From Eledone cirrhosa (taxonomy: Eukaryota): DNA of 64,000 nt. Of this stretch, positions 55,648-64,000 are shown one piece after another (within the stretch, counting starts at the first letter, position 1; each line of letters begins with the position of its first letter). Under the pieces are notes generated by a model that saw only the letters and a list, made by a program, of their open reading frames with translations, was not told the origin of the DNA and ran no database searches. The stretch is taken from contig OZ024761.1 of the NCBI GenBank assembly GCA_964016885.1, positions 23,994,001 through 24,058,000 of the forward strand. Direction: 5' to 3'. The position numbers and the translations under genes are program-made.

Positions 55648-55843
55648 ATATATAGTGTGTATATAGTTTATACACTGTGTATATAGTATATAGTATATAG
55701 TGTGTATATAGTTTATATAGTGTCTATATAGTTTATATAGTGTGTATATAGTTTATATAGTGTCTATATAGTTTATATAGTGTCTATATAGTTTATATAG
55801 TGTGTATATAGTTTATATAGTGTGTATAACGTTTATATAGTGT
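55648..55843. repeat. 20-bp minisatellite ATATAGTGT(G/C)TATATAGTTT
   Basis: About 9-10 units, read directly. Confidence 0.9.
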
Positions 55844-55952
55844 CTCTCTCTCTATATATATATATGTAGAGAGAGAGAGAGAGAGAGAGAAAAGATGAAA
55901 TTGAAAATGCAACTGGAGTCTTATTTAAAAAAATATATATATATTTATTTGG

Positions 55953-55994
55953 TTCCTTTACCGGTTTCGCAGTTCTTCTGCTTTTCAAAAGTAG
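55953..55994 (-). ncRNA. Minimal type I hammerhead ribozyme with U3-A8 core variant (family F, copy 2)
   Basis: Identical to 39245-39286. Confidence 0.68.
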
Positions 55995-56020
55995 AGTTGA
56001 GATGGAGGGTCTGTGGTTTT

Positions 56021-56059
<39 letters not shown>

Positions 56060-56065
56060 TATGTA

Positions 56066-56243
56066 TCAAGCTGTGGCAGGCCGACCAGGCCTTGCTCTTC
56101 CTCTCGAATATATCATCTTCCGTATTCCCATTCTTTGCTCCCAAATACAGGAAGTCCCAAAAGTCAGCTCAAAAGTGACGCTGGGGAGACTGGGGTTAGC
56201 TGGACGTGGTCACCGACATCCAGAGTTGACACTGCACTCAGTG
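56066..56243. mobile_element. RTE-like family 2 fragment with inverted 5' piece
   Basis: 56066-56150 on the minus strand encodes NTEDDIFERKSKAWSACHSL, and 56155-56243 on the plus strand encodes PKVSSKVT..LAGRGHRHPELTLHSV. Confidence 0.7.
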
Positions 56244-56347
56244 TACATATTTATTTATATATATATATATTTTAGTATCTTTGTACAGCGAACCTCCAAC
56301 CTTCAAGTTCTTCGGCGGGTATGTCAACATTTATAAAACAAATTTTG

Positions 56348-56413
56348 TATTTTATCTGAAGAAAGCGCACCAAAATTTGCCTTGGTTGCCCTTGAATTAT
56401 ATATAATAAAATA
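56348..56413 (+). ncRNA. Hammerhead ribozyme (family A), core mutated
   Basis: TATTTTAT-CTGAAGA-AAGCGCACCAA aatttgcc TTGGTTGCCCTT-GAAT-TATATA-TA|ATAAAATA. GAAA has become GAAT. Confidence 0.7.
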
Positions 56414-56527
56414 ATTATGGTTTTATAAATATAGTTTCCATTTATTAATATAAGTTGAATGCTTTATATCAGTTATAACACTTTTAAGTTTGTTGAATTC
56501 CAACAAATTAAATACAACCTTTGTATA

Positions 56528-56677
<150 letters not shown>

Positions 56678-56746
56678 CATACATATATGTATAAATATAT
56701 ATATATATGCATATATTTGTGGGTGCGTGTATATATATATATATTG

Positions 56747-56795
<49 letters not shown>

Positions 56796-57335
56796 TAACG
56801 AAAATACTAAACGAGATACGAGACAGACAGATAGATATATTGCTATTTTTTGAAAAATAAAAAAAATACAATCAAAAATAAAATATAACCTTTCCTCTGC
56901 CCCCCCCCCCCCAAAAAAAAAATTACTAAAACAAATATAGTCACAAATAAACAAAAGACGAGCAGACCCCCCTCCCCCCGCCTACCGAGACAATAACGAC
57001 TACAGCATTAACAACAATAAGAAAAAAGTTATTTAGCTTGCAGCCAGGAGAATGAAGCCATTAAACTATCGTAATAATGTGACTGAAGTATAGAAATTAA
57101 GTTTTAATTAACTTTCCGTGGCTCTCTGGTGTTATTGATAAGGAAAGAAAACTCTAATTAGACTGATGATGTCATCAAATATGGCCGCTATTGTTGATTT
57201 CACCCTACATCTCTTGCCACCTTCTATAGTATAGAATTGTATTGTATATAAACAGGAGCTGACACCTATGTATAGATATTGGATGTGTATATGTGTACAT
57301 GTGCGGTCTTTGTATGTATGTTTGTATGTATGTGT

Positions 57336-57415
<80 letters not shown>

Positions 57416-57457
57416 GTATATATATGTATATATATGTATATATATGTATATATAGAT

Positions 57458-57493
<36 letters not shown>

Positions 57494-57494
57494 G

Positions 57495-57525
<31 letters not shown>

Positions 57526-57538
57526 GTATATATAGATG

Positions 57539-57601
<63 letters not shown>

Positions 57602-57669
57602 TTATAAATATACATATATATTTAAAAATCTATCTAGCAACCTAAATACATACATACGTACGTACATAC

Positions 57670-57708
<39 letters not shown>

Positions 57709-58033
57709 TATATATATATATATAAATATATATATGTGTGTGTGTGTGAATGCATATCTGTATATGGAGGTATGTGTACGTATGTATATATTCAGTGCGC
57801 ATGTCTACGTCATCAGAACTGCAGCGGAAGATCTGCTGCCTCAAGTTAAATCTTGCTTAAACGTATATCTCCATTATTTTACCTACGTGTCACGTGTTAA
57901 GTTTGTGTAAGTTTCTATTTTCTGTATGAATACACACCTGACCTCTTGCATTTGCATATATGCAAATTAAAACGAGGCTTTGAATTGGAATAATGGTTAG
58001 GACGTCGGGTAGAGTGACATGCGATATGTGTTT

Positions 58034-58138
<105 letters not shown>

Positions 58139-58209
58139 CATATATATGTATATATATGTATATATCGCACCTCTCTATCTCTCTCTCCTCTCTTAAGATG
58201 CATATATCC

Positions 58210-58558
<349 letters not shown>

Positions 58559-58562
<4 letters not shown>

Positions 58563-58914
58563 TGGGTGGATGGGTGCTACACGAGAATGCTGAGGATGGC
58601 TCTGAACATTAATCAGTATACACTGAGGATGAAAAACTCAGAGCTGTATGGGAGCATCCCAAAAGTCAGCTCAAAAGTGACACAGAGGAGACTGAGGTTG
58701 GCTGGACATGCTCACCGACATCCAGAGTTGACATTGCACTCAGTGCTCCTTTGGACACACTAGAAGGGGAAGACCAAGGTTAACGTATGTTGATGCCCTA
58801 AGGACAGACACTGGTCTGTTGGAGACGCAGGACATGGCAGCGATAATGAGGGACAGAGACCGCTGGAGAGAACTCGTCCATGGATCTCGGGAATTTTACC
58901 CGCCTTAGATAGAT
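58559..58914 (+). mobile_element. RTE-like LINE 3' fragment (family 2)
   Basis: VDGCYTRMLRMALNI..NSELYGSIPKVSSKVTQRRLRLAGHAHRHPE, with tail TAGATAGATA. Confidence 0.9.
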
Positions 58915-59011
58915 ATACGTATAAATACATTTATGTAGACATACATATACACGTGTTGAAAATCCGTTCAGTGAAACGCGCGTCCTTGAGTATGGTTTGC
59001 TGTACAGCTAA

Positions 59012-59114
<103 letters not shown>

Positions 59115-59701
59115 CCTCTCTCGTCCTCCGATGAAACGCCTTCGCCACTCTGTCCGCCGGGGCTGCGGAGCCCCCCCCCCCCCCCATCACGCATCATTCC
59201 ACTGAATCAAGTTTTCAAAATTCATGTTTTGGAAAAATAGTAACCAGGAAGCCGCACACAAAAGCCCAGGGTATAATACATTCAGCGAGTGATTCAATCG
59301 ATGTCTGCTCACACTTGTAGTCACGTGCCAGTGTAAGGTAATAATAATATCAGGCTTTCGTTCCCGCCTTCTTCCTTCTACACTTCTCCCCACCCCTTCC
59401 CTTCCACCGTCGTCTATTTCTTCCCTTCTTTTCCTCCCCCTTCTACATTCTCATCTTTGAATCTCTGATATATATTATAAATTCGGTTCAGTTGTTCTGT
59501 AGCAGTGTGTCATGCTGAAACACCCACCAGCCACCCAGCCACCCAGTCAGCCAACCAGCCACCCAGTCAGTCAGCCAATCAGCCACCCAGCCACCCAGCC
59601 ACCCAGCCGCCCAGCCACCCAGCCGCCCGGCCTATCAAGAATACTGCCATTACACTTGTTTATAAAGAGTTAGATAGACAGTTATATAAAAATATAGAGG
59701 T

Positions 59702-59740
<39 letters not shown>

Positions 59741-59767
59741 CACATACGTATATATAGGTATGTATAT

Positions 59768-59868
<101 letters not shown>

Positions 59869-59994
59869 GGGAGTAGTGGTAGTACTAGTTGCAGGAATGG
59901 ACGGGGTAGGCGGCTTGTTGAAGATAATAAGGTTAAGAGAGAACGGCTAATGCCGCGGTCACTTACAGTCTCTTTCTCTCTCTCTATATATATA

Positions 59995-60045
<51 letters not shown>

Positions 60046-60139
60046 GTCTATCTCTGTGTCTTATCTCTGCCAGTCTTCAATTAGCAACTCATATGGAAGC
60101 ATCCAGAAACCTCTATAAATGATATCGCAGTTTTTAATA

Positions 60140-60205
60140 AGCAAATGGCGGCCGCCGTCTAATTTGATACGCCATTTTGACACGAAAGATTATCACTTCC
60201 GGTGT
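60140..60205. promoter_or_regulatory. YY1/ETS motif cluster
   Basis: AAATGGCGGC at 60143-60152, CGCCATTTT at 60170-60178, CACTTCCGG at 60194-60202. Confidence 0.38.
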
Positions 60206-60310
60206 TAGTGTTGCACTGATTCTCAGCTGTATCCGTCATTGCTACGCTACTGACATTTGTGTGTGTGTGTATGTGTGTATGTGTGTGCTACATCTGTAGG
60301 AATGTATATA

Positions 60311-60369
<59 letters not shown>

Positions 60370-60600
60370 CCCTACATTATATTTATGTAGGTATATATTT
60401 CTTGCCAAATTTGCAGGTAAGGGTGTATATGTGCATATATATATATATATACACGTATACACACAGACATATATGTATATATCCTATATGCATATATAAT
60501 TTTTATATATGTATATATATTATATATACATGCACGTATATATAATTAGGCGGCAGAATTTTATCCAAATATTCATTAGATTATATAATTTCTATTACGT

Positions 60601-60686
<86 letters not shown>

Positions 60687-60859
60687 ACACACACGTGTAC
60701 ATGAGTGTGTGCCATATGTATATGTGTCTCTGTGTGTGTGGGTGTGTGTGCTAATGTGTAAGTGTGCATATGTACGTATTCAATAAACATTTATGCATTT
60801 AAAAAGCAAACTTTCAACGAAGCCTTGTAGCTGCCGAGATAGACAGATAGACAGATAGG

Positions 60860-60958
<99 letters not shown>

Positions 60959-60991
60959 CGAGAGAAAAAATGTGTGTATAGCAGAGGGAGA

Positions 60992-61026
<35 letters not shown>

Positions 61027-61060
61027 AACCAGTAAGACCCCGACAGCTGAGCTCAAGCCG

Positions 61061-61131
<71 letters not shown>

Positions 61132-61291
61132 TATTATATATATATATATATATAAGTATTGAGTATATATATATAAATATAAGTATTGAGTATATATATA
61201 TATATAAGTATATATATATATATATATATATATAAGTATTGAGTACTCTGGTGCGTTATGGTCCATCTGGTTCCTTACCACACTTCCTTTG

Positions 61292-61346
<55 letters not shown>

Positions 61347-61774
61347 TAGAGATAGAGAGAGAGAGAGATACCAAGCTATGATGGCGTGACTCTCATATAT
61401 GAGTGTGCATGGACGTGTGCGTCTATATATGTTGTGTGTGTGTGTGTGTGTGTGCGCGTGTATGTGTGTGTAGGGCTGTCGTGAAGAATTACGAGCTGAT
61501 AATCCAATTAGAAATGTCCAGATGCCATTAAAATATAACAGGCAAAGTTTGCTGATAAAAAGATAAGTGTGATGGTGACCAGGTTTGTGAGGGTACAGTT
61601 AGGGCAGGCACGTGTTTGGGTGGGTACCGTGAGGGCAAGTAACGAACTCACAACCAATTTCCTCCGCATAGTTTTATCTACCAACAGACTACCTCAGGTG
61701 TCCTAATTCCAGTGCAGTCTGCAGGTAAAATACTATAATTGATAGTGTGTGCGTTTCAAGTCTCCATTAACACA

Positions 61775-62622
61775 CCATCACACGAAATCACCACCACCAC
61801 CACCACCACCACCACCACCTCCACCACCATCACAATCACCAGGAGCATCATCATCACCACTACCATCACTACCTCCACCATCCCCACTACCACCAACACC
61901 ACCACCTCCACCACCATGACAATCACCAGGCGCATCATCATCACCACCACCACCACCATCCCCATACCACCACCAGCAACTCCACAATCACCAGCAGCAG
62001 CACCACCTCCACCACCACCACCACCACCACCACCATCACCAGCAACACCACAACACTACCACCAATACCACCATTACCAGTAGTACCAGCACATTCACCG
62101 TCACCATCACTACTACCACCAGCACAGCCATCACCACCACCACCCACCACCACCACTACCCCCTCCTCACTCACACACTACCGCCACCTCTTCCACCATC
62201 GCCATCAACCCCCCCCCCCCCCACCACCACCAACAACACCATCAACAACAACACCCCACCAACAATACCACCAACAACACCACCAACACCACCACCCTCA
62301 TCAGCAGCACAATCCCCAACACCACCATCATCATCACCATCAACACCATCACCACCAGCACATCCAACACCACCACCACCACCATCATCACTATCATCAG
62401 CACCACCACCACCACCACTACCACCACCACCACCACCACCATTACTACCACCACCACCACCACCACCACCACCACCACTACCACAACCGCCACCATCATC
62501 ACTATCATCAGCACCACCACCACCACCATTACCACCACCACCACCACCACCACCACCACCACCACCACCACCACCACCACCACCACTACCACAACCGCCA
62601 CCATCATCATCAACAACACCAC
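61775..62622. repeat. (ACC)n-derived low-complexity repeat
   Basis: Read directly. Confidence 0.9.
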
Positions 62623-62962
62623 ATAATTAAGTGACTTCCGTTGTGACATGTCTAGAAATACGATTGGTTAATGAACAGTGATATGTGAGAGTTGATGGTC
62701 ACACCGGAAACGGAAGTTGTGACGGAAGTAGGATGATATCATAGTTTGTTGCTGTTGTTATTATAGTTGTAGTTGTTGGTAGCGGTAGGGGAGGGGTGGT
62801 GTTTGTGGTGGTGGTGGTGGTGGTGGTGGTGGTGTGGTGGTGGTGTGGTGGTGGTGGTGTTGGTGGTGGGAAAGGCAATGGCCGATACAGCTTGGCACCA
62901 GTGACGTTGTAATTCATATATGCACTGTATATACATTATATATACACTATATATACATCATA

Positions 62963-63650
62963 ACAACCTCCAGATTGCTAGCCCAACGCTCTAACCGCTA
63001 AGCCATCCGCTAACCACTAAGCCATCCTCTATCCGCTAAGCCATCCTCTAACCGCTAAGCCATCCTCTAACCGCTAAGCCATGTTATAACCACTAAGCCA
63101 TCCTCTATCCACTAAGCCATCCCCTAATCGCTAAGCCATCTTCTAACCACTAAGCCATGTTATAACCACTAAGCCATCCTCTATCCACTAAGCCATCCTC
63201 TATCCACTAAGCCATCCCCTAATCGCTAAGCCATCCTCTAACCACTAAGCCATGTTATAACCACTAATCCATCCTCTAACCACTAAGCCATCCTCTATCC
63301 ACTAAGCCATCCCCTAATCGCTAAGCCATCCTCTAACCACTAAGCCATGTTATAACCACTAAGCCATCCCCTAACTATTAGTCATCCCCTAACCACTAAG
63401 CCATCCCCTAACCACTAATCCATCCTCTATCCACTAAGCCATCCTCTAACCACTATGCCATCCTCTATCCACTAAGCCATCCTCTAACCACTAAGCCACC
63501 CTCTTACCACTAAGCCATCCTCTAACCACTAAGCCATCCTTTAACCACTAAGCCATCCTCTAACCATTAAGCCATCCTCTAACCACTCAGCCATGTTATA
63601 ACCACTAAGCCATCTCCCAACCACTAAGCCATCCTCTAACCACTAAGCCA
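62963..63650 (-). repeat. 19-bp minisatellite (CTAACCACTAAGCCATCCT) derived from a tRNA/SINE 5' end
   Basis: More than 30 units. The reverse complement contains TGGCTTAGTGG, and the array continues into GCGGATGGCTTAGCGGTTAGAGCGTTGGGCTAGCAATCTGGAGGTTGT. Confidence 0.85.
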
Positions 63651-63656
63651 GTGTAT

Positions 63657-63845
63657 TATAATTGTTTCTACTTTTAGCACTAGGCCAGCAAATTACCCCA
63701 GTGTATTACTGGTACTTTATTATATCGACCTCGTCAGGATGATGAAAGGTAAAGTTAACCTCGGCGGGATTTGAACTCAGAACGTAAAGGGCTGTAACTC
63801 TATGCTCCAAGGCACTGTGTCAGACCCTCTTCCGATACTGCCAGT
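63657..63845 (-). mobile_element. SINE family 1, diverged
   Basis: Reverse complement of the consensus. Confidence 0.85.
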
Positions 63846-64000
63846 GTAGAATATTATGCGTTAAAAACTCCGAGGTGTGAAGAGGCGTTTTATTTTTATT
63901 GTCGGCCATATTTGGTGTGGTTGAGATAATTAGTGAGAGAAATCAATGGCGTTAGCTGGAGATATTCTAACATGACAGTAAAACTGTATAATGACCAGCT

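Noticed and set aside
62990-63650. Regular repeat resembling a CRISPR array
   Set aside because: No unique spacers or cas genes and a eukaryotic context. It is a minisatellite.

Overview
Repeat-dominated eukaryotic DNA. The SINE and MITE families and the extreme microsatellite load look like an octopod cephalopod; this is an inference from family recognition, not a database search. The only intact long ORF belongs to a Tx1-clade (L1-group) non-LTR retrotransposon: the 3' end of ORF1 (1-501), a 1145-aa APE-RT-zinc-finger ORF2 (535-3972) and a 3' UTR ending in (ATCT)n. The window also holds two truncated Tx1 relatives, three R4/Dong-type fragments in (TTA)n, two RTE-like families, about 15 tRNA-derived SINE copies, hAT-like and piggyBac-like MITEs, and large micro/minisatellite arrays. 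No host gene could be supported, and almost all other listed ORFs are translated microsatellites. The main hidden signal is a set of short non-coding elements of 100-600 bp between (TA)n runs. They carry minimal type I hammerhead ribozymes (CUGANGA-stemII-GAAA-palindromic stemIII-NUH) with covarying stems. They fall into at least five sequence families, often form fold-back palindromes, and most share a TTGAGTAC-like motif near the (TA)n junction. They are best read as (TA)n-associated, non-autonomous Penelope-like or retrozyme-like elements.
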